A stretch of 58,230 nucleotides of DNA, filler included, from Sphacelaria rigidula (GCA_964200075.2; 10 parts of 10 records of this genome joined end to end with filler, not necessarily neighbours in it), one strand, 5' to 3'. Positions 11,962 to 24,479 are shown, counted from the whole stretch's first letter. Numbers and translations are program-made. The notes: generated from the sequence alone by a model not told the origin.

Positions 11962-14900
11962 ATCATCGTGGGTTATGGTTCCATCGAAACAGCAGCCACC
12001 CCTGACAAAACGAAGATGTGGAAAACACTTTGTAGCTCCATCGCTGAAATGCCCACGAACAACACCTGATACTCATACTGGATGACAATGCACGCGCCAG
12101 AAAGAGAGACGGAGGAGGAGGCCTACATGACGTTCGAATGTTGGGAGAACATGGCAGAAACACCCTAAATGATAACGACTTGCGACTGGTGACATGCGGT
12201 TCAGAGCATGAAGTGGCAATCACCATCACATATTTTCCTGCGACAACAAGCGGGGAACGCTTAGCCGAAAACACATATGAGGGGCAGAAGGCCGGACACC
12301 CCTGACACATGGACTGCATCTTGGTACGTCAGCAAGACCAAAGACCCGTTCGGAACGTCCCCGTGCACCCGAATATGAAGTTAGACCCTCGTCAGGTTTT
12401 AGCCTCCATCCGTCTACGTTGACAGAGAGTACCCAACTGCCGGCCAAAACCGAGAGATGGGGACAGCGCGGTGCGTTTCACCGGATGCTCCTTCCATTCG
12501 GCCGACGTTGAAGAGTGATTGTATCGCAGGCCACTGCCGCCCAGCTCTCGGATGCCACCAACTCCACCGCAGTCCTGGATGCCGACGGCATGGGCTCTAC
12601 TTTCGCCAACGCTCTGCGAGAGACGGCCGCGGATACACTCCCTCGCTATTCGAAGAACTCCCCATCTTGAGGTTCCAGTGAGTCATCACAGGTCCAGAAA
12701 CATCTCCAAGAGGCGTGGATTGTCATGGAGCGTGTATGGGAGAAGCTACACACTAGTCCCAAACACATTGACCAAAAAAGGGCGCTAAATATGTCAGACA
12801 AGGCGTTCAAGTAGGCCAAAGGGGCTGAATTAAAGAACCACAAACACGACTTCGACACCAGGATAGCGGAGTCAACCCGCAAGAAGGACCAGGAAGGACT
12901 GTACCAACACATCAAGTCCTTGGAATTGAAAGGAAAGACAAAGTGTGGCTCAACCTACATGAGAAGCACGGCCGGTGAGTTGCTGCTGGACAAGGAAGCA
13001 ATCGTACAGCGATGGAGAGAGTGGTTTGAAACAAATCCCAACGCAATGTCGCCTACGCTCAACCTGTCATCGATCACATCGAATAGATGCCGGAGCACGC
13101 ACCGCACGTGGCCGAGCCCGCGATGGAAGAACCGAAAGAAGCAAGGGGCAAACTGGCGAACGGCAAGGCCGTTGGGACTGACAACCTGTGTGGCCAACCA
13201 TTGAATCGGCGTCACCGATTACGCCGCCATAATGAAGTGTCTCCACAACATCGTGGTCACAATGTGGCGTTAGGAAGCAGTGCCGCAAGAATGGAAAGAC
13301 GCGGTCATCAAGGTGCTGTTCAAGAAAGTTGATCCCCGCAAAGGCGGCAACAAACGCCGCGGTATATGACAAGAGTCTGACGTGGGCAAGGTGGCTCTCA
13401 AGGTAGCTGCGACTGACCTCAGCGCATACTGCGAGTGGAACGTAATCGTACCAGAAGCTCAGTGCGGCTTCCGACACGGCCGGTCGACAATCGACATCAT
13501 GTACGTTGTGCGCAGACTCCAACAACTGCCCAGAGAGAAGAATCTTGCAATGTAAGTATGCTTGATCAACCTCCAGACAGCTCGCGACTCAGTTGACCGC
13601 TCTTCTCTCCGGAAGGTGCTAGCACGATAGGGAATCCCCACCAAGATAATTTCAATCATCCGCCAATTCTATGACGGCATGCCGGCGTGCGTGCGCCTAT
13701 ACAGCGGCGAGACTTCTGATAAGTTTTGACTTGACCCAGGGCCTCCGTCAAGACTGCGTGATTGCCTCCTGTTTGCTTAGCATCTTCGCGGCGATGATGA
13801 CGGTGACATCCGTCTGCTCCTCGATCGATAAAGCGGTGGCGAAGGACTTAATTCGCATTGCTACCAGGGGCGGGAAGACCAGGGACGAGCTTAGAGAGGT
13901 ACTCTGTGCCATCCTGTACGCCGACAACGCTGGTATCGCGTCGAGATCTCAACTAAGCCTGGCACAAATGATGACGGCTGTCGCCGAAGTCTGTGCGATG
14001 TTCGGGTCTCGTCGTGGTGAAGAAGGAGGCAGAAACCATGCCCATACATTCTCGAAGTATGAAGGGGGATGTGGGCGAGGAGGAGGCGGCGGGCCAAGGT
14101 ACAAGCAAGTCGAAACTTTCATCAACGGCATCGGCGATGACACCCCTGAGGTATAATGCTGCCTCGTGCAGGCCCGGAAGTGCTTCGTCAAGCACAGCAG
14201 AACGGTATCCAACACCTGGTACGTAGCCCTGGCCGGAACGTTCCGTTTCCTGAAGGCAGAAAATGATGGGGCCATGCTGTACGGCTGCGTGACCGGGACA
14301 TTCGCGCCCGATTATTTCGACCCGTTGCGGAAATCTGCCGTGGGTTCCTGCTGAGGTGGTGAGGTGCCTCACAACTATACCTTCAAATGCAACGCCCCCG
14401 ACCACCACATGCTGTCATATCGCGAGGTACCCGAGAGATTGGTCGCGACCGCATCGTGGCTACCATGATGAGGCAAATCCCTTACACCGGCCGGCTCGCG
14501 CATGCACGACGAGCGCCTCCCTAACGTCGTCATGCGTGGAGTAGTGGTCGGAGGGGAGACGAAGCCAGGCCAATCGCCAAAACGCTTGCAACACCGTGCG
14601 CCTGAGTACTGTGCCACCTTCGGGATAGATGCCACATCATGGATGCAGATTGCCCAATATGTTTCCGGGTGATACCGCGTCGTGGAGAAAGGAGCTAACA
14701 AGTGGGTGATACATTGGATCATTGCGCGGTATGCAAGGGTACTGTTTGCTGTGTTAACGCCAGAGTTTCCTCAGTGTCGATATAAGGTTGCCGAAGCGTA
14801 AGGAGCAGTCCATCACGTGGTATACAGTACTCGCTAATGCGTCAGCCGCCTTCCTCGAAACTTTCGTGTTTTTCTCTCCGTGCGTACCTGGGGATGTTGG

Positions 14901-15240
14901 TTGACTCTCACTTGGTATCTACTTGAGTTTTCTCACTATATTGGCAAAACTGATTTGCGTGTTTCACCCAATCTCGACCAACTCGTAGAAGGCCTTTTCT
15001 CCTCTGTTTTTCTGACGTCCCTCGTCCTGTTTTTTTCCCTTTCGTTCATGAAGTCTTCAAAAAAACCGCGAAATAAGCGCTTCTATTCCATGTGAGTAGT
15101 TGTGACGGTACTTGAAAAGTGAACCTTCGAACCACGGGTTGGAGAGAACGGGCTAATCTGCGGAAATAATAATAGTAGTAGTACTAGTACTAGTAATAAT
15201 GATGACAATAATAATGATAAGAATAGTAATAGTAATGATC
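11962..15240 (+). mobile_element. Decayed RTE-like LINE (APE endonuclease + reverse transcriptase), with frameshifts and stops
   Basis: APE remnants (IIVGYGSIETA, LGEHGRNTLNDN, MDCILVRQQDQRPVRNV); RT remnants (WKDAVIKVLFKK, PEAQCGFRHGRSTIDIMYVVRRLQ, QGLRQDCVIA, LYADNAGI); 3'UTR ends CTAATCTGCGGAAA followed by an (AAT/AGT/GAT)n tail. Confidence 0.92.
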
Positions 15241-17264
15241 AAAACTAGTGGCGAGCCACGGCCGATGCGCGTGGCAGGAGGGCCGCAAATATGAACGCCA
15301 CGGGTCTAGCACGCGTGAAGGTTGACCCGTTGGGAACCCTACCCTCCCGTACCAGGTCCAGACGCCCGATTATTTCAAGTGCTGACATGACAGAAAAGAT
15401 GGGAAGATAATATACTGACAACAACCATTTTACGGCGGAAGGCCACAAAAATCCACCGAAATACGTCACGCTCGCACCAAATATGTCGCCCCGGTGCAGT
15501 CGGATTAGTTCTATTCAATGAGGGGACGCAACGGGTCAGGTGTGTTCAATTTTGTGCAAACAGCCATAATCAGCACCGCGGCCGCTGAATTTCATTAAAC
15601 AAGAATCACCACCACCTGTAAATTTCTATATTTCTATTTATTATGCAGTCCAGTGTGGCACTGGGGCACACTTTTATACCGGTGATGCACCGCACCGGAG
15701 TATTGTGGTGCTGCAGTCCGGAGGTCGTACCCGCTCAACACTTGGCAAGCGTGCTAAGCCACATCACAGAAACAAAGTAGTATGGCCGAACACACAGAAA
15801 GCCCTGACCGGATTCGACCCTGAGGTCAATTGCGTGCAGAGTCAGTGTGTGTGCTGTATGTCCTGGCTGGATACAACGACAAGAACCAGTAAGCATCAGT
15901 CGCTCTCCGTTGGACATAGTCTGCTGCATGCTGCTGATGTCTCCGCTTAGTGTTCCACAACAACACTACAGGCAGCACGAAGCCGTGCTGGTGATACATG
16001 AGGCGTCGGACAGGCGGCACAAAGCGCGAGCAGAGTAAGAAGTAGTCGGGTTGTTCTCACTCTCCTCGGTTGAGCCTTCAACACGGTGGGTTGTTGGACT
16101 GTCTTGTCCGCAAGCGGCACCTTGAACACTATCTTCTGTCTACACTCCAAAGCAGCTTGTTTGCTTGCTTGGCTTTAGCGCCATTGCGCCAACCCTGGCG
16201 ATCACGTCAAAGGGGTCCGTTATTCGTGCCCATATAATCTATGGTTGAATTGTCATGACCACAACGAGGAACACAGCCAGACAGCGAGACAGTCAATCTG
16301 TAAGAGAAGATAGTGACCATTTTGATAGCCGTGATTGGTCAGAGTGGTCACTCCGCTCCTTTCAGGGCTCGTTCCTGGCTAAGGATTGAAAAAATAATCG
16401 TGAGAAACTTCGAAACATACATGATAGACTTGGTGAGCTTTTCGGCTGTACGCCGAACAGACCCCCACCTCAGAGGACCCAAAGAAATGTTCGTAAGCGA
16501 TGGTTAGTTCTTGATTTCACTTTATCTTAGAGTGAAGAAAGTTAAAAAAAAATGTATGGTTTGGGGCAGGTGAGCAGTTAACCAAGCTCGCCCAGAACGA
16601 GTTTTCGTCCACAATCGGCGCCGCAGGTGCTGACTTGAGGCCTTGCAACGCACACTTTGCTGAGGAAACATTCTGCACTATTTCTGCCCGAGGGTTCTCG
16701 GTATGACTTGGTCGGGGTTGCCGTTAGGGTTGGCGTTAGGAGTGGCGGCACTTCAATAGTATCAACCACTGTTTTCGAGCATTTCTTTGGGCCGCCTCCC
16801 CCACCCCCTGTCAAAAACCACCCCTCTTCCCCCTGGAAACCTCCGGATGTCCCTGGACTGGCCTCTCCCTGTGAAACTGTTCCGAGGCGCCGCTCGCTGT
16901 CGAAGGGTTGAGGTGATGCCCTCCCTATTCAGACGCCACGTACACCTCCACAACACTGATACATCCCAGTTTTGAACATTTTTTTTCAAGTGCTTTTCAA
17001 GCTTACTCTGAAAACGTGCAAGAAGAAGCATCATAAGTAATTTCCCGATTGTTTCGCTGAGTGCGGGACATGTGCTGAAAAAAAGGCTTTAACTCTGTGC
17101 ATTCAGATTCGAAGCGCACAACGCGAAAAAGAGCGCTCGAATCGCACACGTCGCCGAGGAGAACTGGGGTGTCAAAGTCGGCCCCTCGAAGGAGTCACCC
17201 GACCAACCCGATGTCCATAATTTGAAGCAAACAAGGGTAGGCAGAGGGGGCTGGGGTGGCGGGG

Positions 17265-17400
17265 GGTGTACTCATGATCATGCATGTCATAGTCATCAGA
17301 CCATTGTCCTCGCATCCCCACGAAGCTGAGACGGAGCACGCCGGGTTTTCGCCAGACCAGGCCGGCACTCAATCACCAAGCGCGAAGCGCTGTGGTGTGT
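17265..17400 (-). mobile_element. 'ATGAGTAC+C-tract' family copy (truncated by contig end)
   Basis: GGGGGGTGTACTCATGATCATGCATG..GACCATTG.CCTCGCATCCC..GACGGAGCACGCCGGG..AATCACCAAGCGCGAA. Confidence 0.8.
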
Positions 17401-17681
17401 NNNNNNNNNNNNNNNNNNNNNNNNNNNNNNNNNNNNNNNNNNNNTTAATTAATTAANNNNNNNNNNNNNNNNNNNNNNNNNNNNNNNNNNNNNNNNNNNN
17501 TTTTCCCCTTACCATCATCCTCCTTTGAGCCCCCAGCAAAAAAACAAAAAACCCAAAAAAACAACCCCCCCCCCCCCTGCCCCCCCCCCCCCCCCCCGCC
17601 ACCTGCCACCCGCCCAACCCTCACTGCTGCACAGCAAATCACAAAGGAACAAAATACGACGGTCGTCTTCCAGATCTGCAG

Positions 17682-18047
17682 ATGGAAGATGACCACCGTC
17701 GGACGCCGGTCGGGTCGCGACGTCGAGGACGGGCTTCTCTCCCCATGTCCACACCTCCTCTTCGCCCAACGACCGCCACCCTTCCGGTGGGCGGTGGCGG
17801 GGGTGGTAGCAGTAGAAGAGGCAGCATGTCAGGCCCCGGACCCAGAACGCCACAGTCTACCAAGAAATCGTCTTCATCTGTGACCCGGACTGGTGGCAAT
17901 ACTGGTGGGCGTGGAAGAGGGAGGGCACGGGCAGTGACGGAAGTGGTGGATAGTCCTTGCCTTGGCAAGAGGAGAGAATCGCCGGTGAGATGGCTGGGAT
18001 GTGGGCGGGCTGCTCGAACCCCCGGGGTTAGTGCAGGGATTTGTTGA
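17682..18047 (+). CDS. Possible terminal exon, S/G/R-rich low-complexity protein
   Basis: CTGCAG|ATG acceptor-like context and a 121-codon GC-rich open frame; no family recognised. Confidence 0.35.
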   Translation: MEDDHRRTPVGSRRRGRASLPMSTPPLRPTTATLPVGGGGGGSSRRGSMSGPGPRTPQSTKKSSSSVTRTGGNTGGRGRGRARAVTEVVDSPCLGKRRESPVRWLGCGRAARTPGVSAGIC

Positions 18048-18946
18048 CGCTGTGCAGCGTTTTTAAGATCGGTGTTGCGCAACGAGCTGTACTGAAGAAT
18101 GAGGGAAAGCGCACCTCCTGCATTGTGGCATGTGTGGCTTGCCGCAGTCGCCGATTTTGCCGCGCACATCTTGAGATATATATATATATATATATACATG
18201 TGTGCCATATGATCCAAATCTCCGCGAGGCTAAAACAAAACAATTTGGGGCGACTTTTCCTCTCTCTCGCCGTAAGGTCCGTGTTTTTTTGAGTGATGGA
18301 CCGATTAGAAAATGTGCTTGTATCCTCAATTTTCTCCGTCATGGGTGCCCGGCGTGATGCGCGGCAATCTGCCGGTCCGCTTGTGGGGATGAAGCACTTC
18401 GGTAACAAAATTCAGATCGAAATTTTCGGGTAAGGGGAGAAAAAGAAGCTCAAGAAAATTGGGATCTCATGCGCTCGCCCCGTTCTTGGTACGTGAATAT
18501 TTGATGTGGGATATTTATTATCTTCCAGGTGAAGCTACCTGCAAGTGAGTGAATTGAACCTGAAAGTGATGGGGTTGAACCTGCACCCGGAACGGTGGTT
18601 TTTTCTCACTATTCGTCCGGTTTTGTATGGGCGAGCTTTCGTTTTGTTGGGGACCAGAGGGGAGGGGGAGGGCTCCCATTGAATGATGGTGAGGGGAGAG
18701 GGGAAAATGATGAGGATGAGGTTATCTCCCCATGACGTTAATTTGTGAACTTGAACAAAATGGTCAGTCCGTAGTGTAATGTCGTGACTACAAGAGAGAC
18801 GTACTCGCCCCCCCCCCCCCCCCCCCCCCCCCCACCCCACCCCAACACCCCCCTGCCACCTCTTTCTACTTAATTTCTNNNNNNNNNNTTGAAAAAAATG
18901 TTCAGTCCGGTGTGTAGTGTTGGGACTACAAAAGAGACCTCCTCGC

Positions 18947-18977
<31 letters not shown>

Positions 18978-19191
18978 ACACTTCTCCTGTCTGCTGAATG
19001 TTGATCGATTGATTTCTGCGTATTATGGATCATAAATGATTCGCTACGATCCCAGCAGTAGTCACTCATGGTGGATTCAAGATGGACGTACGTACCCGAA
19101 GTAGATGAATAGAACTCTCGCCAAGGAAAAGCGAAAAAATGGAAATGAGGAGAAAAAAAGCAGTACGGTGGTGGTAGTGGTGGTGGTAAGG

Positions 19192-19315
19192 TACTTATGA
19201 GCTCGCTTGCTGATTCATAAAGATCATTAACGTCGCATCCCTACAAAGTCGGGACGGAGCATGCTGTGTTTTCGCCGGACCGGGCTCGCAAATCAATCAC
19301 CAAGTGCGAAATGCG
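19192..19315 (-). mobile_element. 'ATGAGTAC+C-tract' family copy
   Basis: CGCATCCCTACAAAGTCGGGACGGAGCA..TTTTCGCCGGACC..AATCACCAAGTGCGAA; the fixed end abuts a (GGT)n tract. Confidence 0.7.
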
Positions 19316-20096
19316 AGGAGGGGTTGCAGAGGGGGAAAGGAGAGCGACAAAAAAAAAGAGCAAGGAACACACAGGGGCTAAGTTCAATCCACTACCGGTC
19401 ACAAATAAAGAAGACTTTTGGAAAGGAGGCTGGACGCTGTTCTGCGAAGCCAGATAATAACGAGACAAAACAAATAGAAGAGGGACGTAAAAACGGGTTG
19501 CTATTCGTGTATATGGGGGGACCGCGCTATTTGGGCAAGAACTTCTGCCCATGAGCTCTGCCGGAGCGAATCACAAACATCATTACGTGCGGCAACATGA
19601 AATGAGAGGAGGAGGAGCAGGAGGGGAGGGAGAAGACAAGGGATTTTATCAAGTCACCTCCGGCCTACTAGTGCGATTGCCACACCGTACGTACGCTGCT
19701 CGGCTCTTGTCGGGAACCGCACCGCATTAATGGATGTGATATTTTCATGCCCGTTGTCCTTCGTGTACCCCGCTTCTGCTCCCCTTTTCATCGTGTTCCG
19801 GCAGACTCAAGCCTTCAGTCCACCCCCCTCCTCCTCCGCAGGATACGGGTTAGGAAAGAGAGCAGCGATACGAAGCACGGTTCAAATCACAAACGACCGT
19901 TCTGAGCACAGTCCCGCTGGGGAAGGGCTGGTGAAGTCATGATAGAGGTCGTGCGCAAAGATGACGTATCTGTGTGTAGAAATAAACCAAAACGCCCCCC
20001 TTCCCTCCCCTCTCCTCCCCTCCCCCGCGCGCGTCTCCCATGTCTCGCCGTCCGGGCACCTACATTGGAACATGACAAAACACGCGTACCCCCCAG

Positions 20097-20612
20097 ACAT
20101 TATCGCCGTTACCATCGACCCGCGGCGAGCTCTCACACTTCCGTCGCGCTGAGGAGCTTTGGAAAAAGGCGTCCAAGGCGCGGGAGGGTTCCCGGCGGCG
20201 GTCGATGGGTGCCGGCGCGCCCCCTCCAGAGTGGCGTCAGCAGCAGCAAGTTGGCGAAGGACCGGGGGTCACTGCTGATGGCAGTACTATCGGTAGTGCT
20301 GCTGCCGCTGCCGCTTCAATGGCGGAGGGGGAAGTGGCAGCGGTGGAGAGCAGCGAGGGCCGTGGAGATGGTGCGGGCCTTGGTAATCGTGGCGGCCGCG
20401 GCGGTAGGCGGGATCGCGGCCGGAGACAGACCCTGGCGGCGACCCCGGAACTTCGGTTGTTATTGGATGATGACGGAGAGGAGGGAGAGGGAGGTGTAGC
20501 GTTGGGAGATGAAAGCGCTGCAGCTAGTAGTGGGGTGGTGGCCGCGGCGGAGGGCGGGGAAGAGGTTCGGGGTGATGATGATATTCGAGGAGCTGCGGCG
20601 GGAATTGGTGTC

Positions 20613-20643
<31 letters not shown>

Positions 20644-20687
20644 GTGGTGGTGGGGTTGAGTTGGATCGAGCTTCGGTGCGCGCCCGA
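20097..20687 (+). CDS. Internal exon, G/E/D-rich disordered region
   Basis: CCCCAG| acceptor, 197 open codons, strong CGA|GTAAGT donor; phase 0 joins the 21412 exon giving ...ASVRAR-VLAIYEKHNP. Confidence 0.65.
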
Positions 20688-21271
20688 GTAAGTAAGACGA
20701 TGCTTGTTGTTTGTATGTGCTACTTCGACGTGCTGTACTTTTTTGCTTGTTTCGTTGTGTGAGTGTTGTGATGTTATTCGTTGCTGTGCCTCGTGCGGTG
20801 CGATACTGTTGCGTACGCTCGAAGTGAAGGCGCTGTACAGTTCGAACACTCAATTACCGGTGGTATGCATGCATGTATGTATGTATGTATGTATGTATGC
20901 ATATATATTGTACATTAATATTTGTGTGTCGTTGCGAATTCTGTACGGTTCCGTTCTCCGCCGTGCAATGCTTTTGCACCCTGCACAATCTATGGTCAAT
21001 AGTTACAACAGGAGTAAATGGTACTGCTTCGCGCAGTAGATTATTTCTATTGCTACTTCTGACCACATAGTGTCCAGGGTGTGACTGCTGTGTAGCGTAA
21101 CGTAGCATGGTCCTGCGCGGGTATGGCGCCGAATATATCGGAATATGCTTGAGGGAAAACCGGGTCCGTTTGCCCTGTCATGAAGTGCTACAAGATCGCG
21201 AGGCTACTGCTGGCCTGCCCCCCATGTATGTCACGATCTCTTGACACTCCTCCCCCCCCCCTCCCCCCCGC

Positions 21272-21339
21272 GGTGCTCCGTCTCGAAAGGGATGCGTGGT
21301 AAATGGTCGAACGACTAAGGCAAGCAGCAAATGAGTACG
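21272..21339 (+). mobile_element. 68-bp copy of the 'ATGAGTAC+C-tract' family (variant B) flanked by 15-bp direct repeats
   Basis: Core CTCCGTCTCGAAAGGGATGCGTGGT.AATGGTC...GCAAGCAGCAAATGAGTACG; CCCCCTCCCCCCCGC at 21257-21271 and 21340-21354. Homologues at ~27950-28025, ~47930-47975 and ~46828-46900(-). Confidence 0.75.
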
Positions 21340-21411
21340 CCCCCTCCCCCCCGCTCGCGCGGTTCCTTCTTGTGGATATTTCATTTGTTTCGTTTTCATT
21401 CGAATCGGCAG

Positions 21412-21507
21412 GTGCTTGCAATTTACGAAAAGCATAATCCGGGGAAGGTGTCTACCGTCGACAATGTCGTGGACAAGTACGAGGGGGAATGGGTCCGCAT
21501 GCTGCAG
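21412..21507 (+). CDS. Exon encoding a small helical module VLAIYEKHNPGKVSTVDNVVDKYEGEWVRMLQ
   Basis: Pyrimidine tract + GGCAG| acceptor; peptide fits the 'YxxHNPxKxxxVdxlLxKYxGxE' module recalled from protist proteins; apparent CAG|GCGAGT donor. Confidence 0.7.
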
Positions 21508-21794
21508 GCGAGTTCGTAGGCGTACGTACGTACCCTCTACAAAATACCATAGGCATGCATATTGTATGTACGTATGTACGTATGTATCACGTACGGAAGT
21601 ATATTTTTATGTGTGGACATGTTCATCCTTATAAAAATTTCGCTGCTAAGTTTTTTCTGTTGTTTGAAGCGATTTCCTCCATCCGTTTCTCTGTTGTCCA
21701 AAGCATATGTGTATATATATATTTGTGTGTGCACGCTGAATTGTCATCGGTGTTGGCTCGACTTACCGCAGCACAGCACAGTACTCCTTCGATA

Positions 21795-22130
21795 GACTTG
21801 ATCGATTTTATTGATTACATTGATTACATTCATTCTATATGATTATATTGATTTTATATGATTACATTGATTTTTTATGATTACATTGATTTTATTGATT
21901 TGTCGCACATGAAGTGATGCCCGAGGCACCCAGCCCGATTCACGAGATGCATGTACCCAAGCTAAAACCGGACGAAAATGCTCGCCCGAAGAACAAAAAT
22001 GGGAAAAAAAAGGACATTTAGAAAAAAAAGGACACATTTAGAAAAAAAAAAAGAAGGACGCACGAAAGGAGTGAAACTTGGAAAACCAAAACCAAACCAA
22101 GCAAAAACAAAGACATGGTCTGCAGTTACG
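21795..22130 (-). mobile_element. LINE 3'UTR remnant with an expanded (CAAT)-derived tail
   Basis: TTGATTTGTCGCAC..GTACCCAAG..AAAAC..CTCGC..GAAG resembles the 27270 and 38876 copies; degenerate GATTACATTGATT repeats at 21800-21900. Confidence 0.6.
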
Positions 22131-22299
22131 CCCCTAGAATACTGCCAAGCTCTGCAAGTATATAAGCGTAACTCAACCCCCCTCCCTCCCTCCCAACCTC
22201 GGGGGAGACCGAGAACCTTCGGGCAAAGACGGGGGCCAAAGTGTTCATCCTAGATCGCATACAGAACAATATGTGGTCAATAGGTGCAGTAGAACAGTG

Positions 22300-22572
22300 C
22301 ACGGTTCAGACGAGTCATCGCCCGTACGGTCCGAATCACCGAATCCACGATTTGTCAGGCCTGACTGCTCGAAAGAGAGAAAAATGTTGACCGTTGGTAA
22401 AAAAAAAGGCTCCAATGCATTTTTGCGCCATTCCACGTGCCTGGGCTGCACGTACCTGGGGTGCAACGCTGAGTTCAAAGCCCAGGGATTGATTGATTTG
22501 TTGGGTACGAATCAACCACACTAAAATCAAGAAATTCTCAGACAAATCAGTCATTCATTCGTCGGACCCTTG
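22300..22572. mobile_element. Second copy of the 830-1093 MITE-like repeat
   Basis: Colinear with 830-1093; same GGACCCTTG terminus. Confidence 0.75.
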
Positions 22573-23921
22573 GAAGGAAATTGCTCGATTTTAGTGTAGT
22601 TGAAAAAGGGATATACTTCCCGCCATTCCCTCTTTTTGGCTACCTTTTGACCACATGGTGTCTGGGGTGTGTCCTAGATGGCAGAATGAGTTGTCATATC
22701 TCGAAGGTCGGCGCTGCAATGCGGGGCCGACTCGAGCGGAAGTGCGCGCTCTACACCCTGGGGACTTCTTGTGAGCACCCACACTGAATCAGTATAAAAA
22801 AATCAAGTACGACGACGACGACGACGACCATAAATTCGCCTGCGAATACCCTTCCACTCGAAAGCAACAAACAGCATTTCATCCTTGGGCCGCGAGGGTA
22901 GTCCATCTGGGTGACACTGTTGCCGAGACAGTCACTCCTCCCGAACCGGATAAAAAAGTGCACGGAGGCGATAATCATAAATGCCGTTAGAGCCGGTTTC
23001 GTGCTGCACGACGCGACTCATTCGGGCGTTATATAGGTGATTTCGGACTGCTACACGCCTCTCATGTGGGTGACATTGCTGTAAACGAGCCCAATAGTGT
23101 GGGGTCGCAGCCAGTTTGTCGGACGGTCTCCGGTGCACTTTTTTGTGGGGGGGGGGGGGGGGGGCTATTTTGGGATTCGCGATAACACCTTCTTTCTTTG
23201 CAGAATTCTTGGTGCTGCATCAACAGATTACATNNNNNNNNNNNNNNNNNNNNNNNNNNNNNNNNNNNNNNNNNNNNTTAATTAATTAANNNNNNNNNNN
23301 NNNNNNNNNNNNNNNNNNNNNNNNNNNNNNNNNCCCCCCCCCCTCTCCTCCTTTCCTTTTCCTTTCAGTTTTTTCCCCCTTCCTTCAATTATGTTTTCGC
23401 TTCATTTCTCGTCTTCCAGTTTTTTCTGCTTTTCCTTTTTCCCCTCTCTCCTTTTCTTTTTCATTTTTTCTCTTTTTTTCTCTTTTTTTCCCTTCTTTTT
23501 TTCCCTTCTTTTTTGTTTATTTTATTCACCTTGGGTGCGTCTATCTTGTGACAACAATTGGCTTCCTAGGAGATCATAAAACGTTAGTGTGCGGTGATCA
23601 ATCAACCAGTTGGATGAGCACTCTCGTACATTCGCCGACCCTTATGGAATGTTTTTTCTTGCTTTTGCAGTTTTAAACATGAACGTGAATATTGAAGTGC
23701 CAATGCTCCCTCTGACGGGCATTTTCGCAGACCCGTACAAAACTCAAGAACGTTTCTTTCATGTTTGCTTTCTCAGAGAAGAGCTAGCTACAACAGAAAG
23801 GCGCGTGTGTGCCATAAATCACGACTGGACACTTTCGTATGGAGCGGTTGAAGCCGACCGTTCCTATTTTGTGCGTGTCTCGTCTTCGCTTGTCTGCTTG
23901 TCTACGGTTGCTCGTGCACAG

Positions 23922-23999
23922 AATCTGACGCACGCCAAGCTTCACGCCTTCGAGATGGGGCACGGGTGGTTCTTCTGGAACTTCAAGACCGAGCTGGAG
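23922..23999 (+). CDS. Exon of a glycoside hydrolase family 5 (exo-beta-1,3-glucanase-like) protein
   Basis: CACAG|...GAG|GTGCGG; NLTHAKLHAFEMGHGWFFWNFKTELE matches the GH5 strand-8 motif 'AFE..GWFFW.WKTE'. Confidence 0.8.
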
Positions 24000-24401
24000 G
24001 TGCGGAGGATCATGACAACTTTTTTGTTTTATCATCATTCATAATCATTTTTGGTTTACTTTCAGTTAACGGGTCTTGAGGTTCTGAGCTTTCATCGTGG
24101 AACTGTCGCTCAGCACCTGCGATCGATCCTGTTTGGACTGTCTCTCTTAACTCTCTCACACTCACAAACCAATAAACACAGTTATTATAGCGCACGGTAG
24201 CTATCCACTAGTTAGTGTTATTTCAATGTGCATAGTTCGTTTATCATATTTTGATCTGTTGTCCGGTGCGCCGGGTTTATCTTTGTTGATTTTCCATTTT
24301 TTTGCTGTGTGAGCATTGTGGATGACGTCATTGTCTGTACTGTTTTTGCCTTTTTTGTGTGCATGATGGATGTGTGATTTCGCTGGCCCTTCCTTGTGCA
24401 G

Positions 24402-24479
24402 GTGCGATGGGACTACCTGGCCGCCGTGAAGAGGGGCTACTTTCCTTACAATGTGCTGGACTTGGAGCTAAACGAAGAT
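24402..24479 (+). CDS. Next GH5 exon
   Basis: TTGTGCAG|...GAT|GTGCGA, phase 0; VRWDYLAAVKRGYFP matches the GH5 C-terminal 'W.Y.....G..P' helix. Confidence 0.75.

Noticed and set aside
18750..18965. Tandem duplication of ~70 bp before C-runs
   Set aside because: The copies straddle a 10-N gap beside homopolymers; most likely low-quality overlapping contig ends. A similar caveat applies to 47085-47280.
20524..20853. Poly-His/poly-Ile/poly-Met ORFs
   Set aside because: Alternative frames of the (GAT)n tract that encodes poly-Asp in the plus-strand exon.
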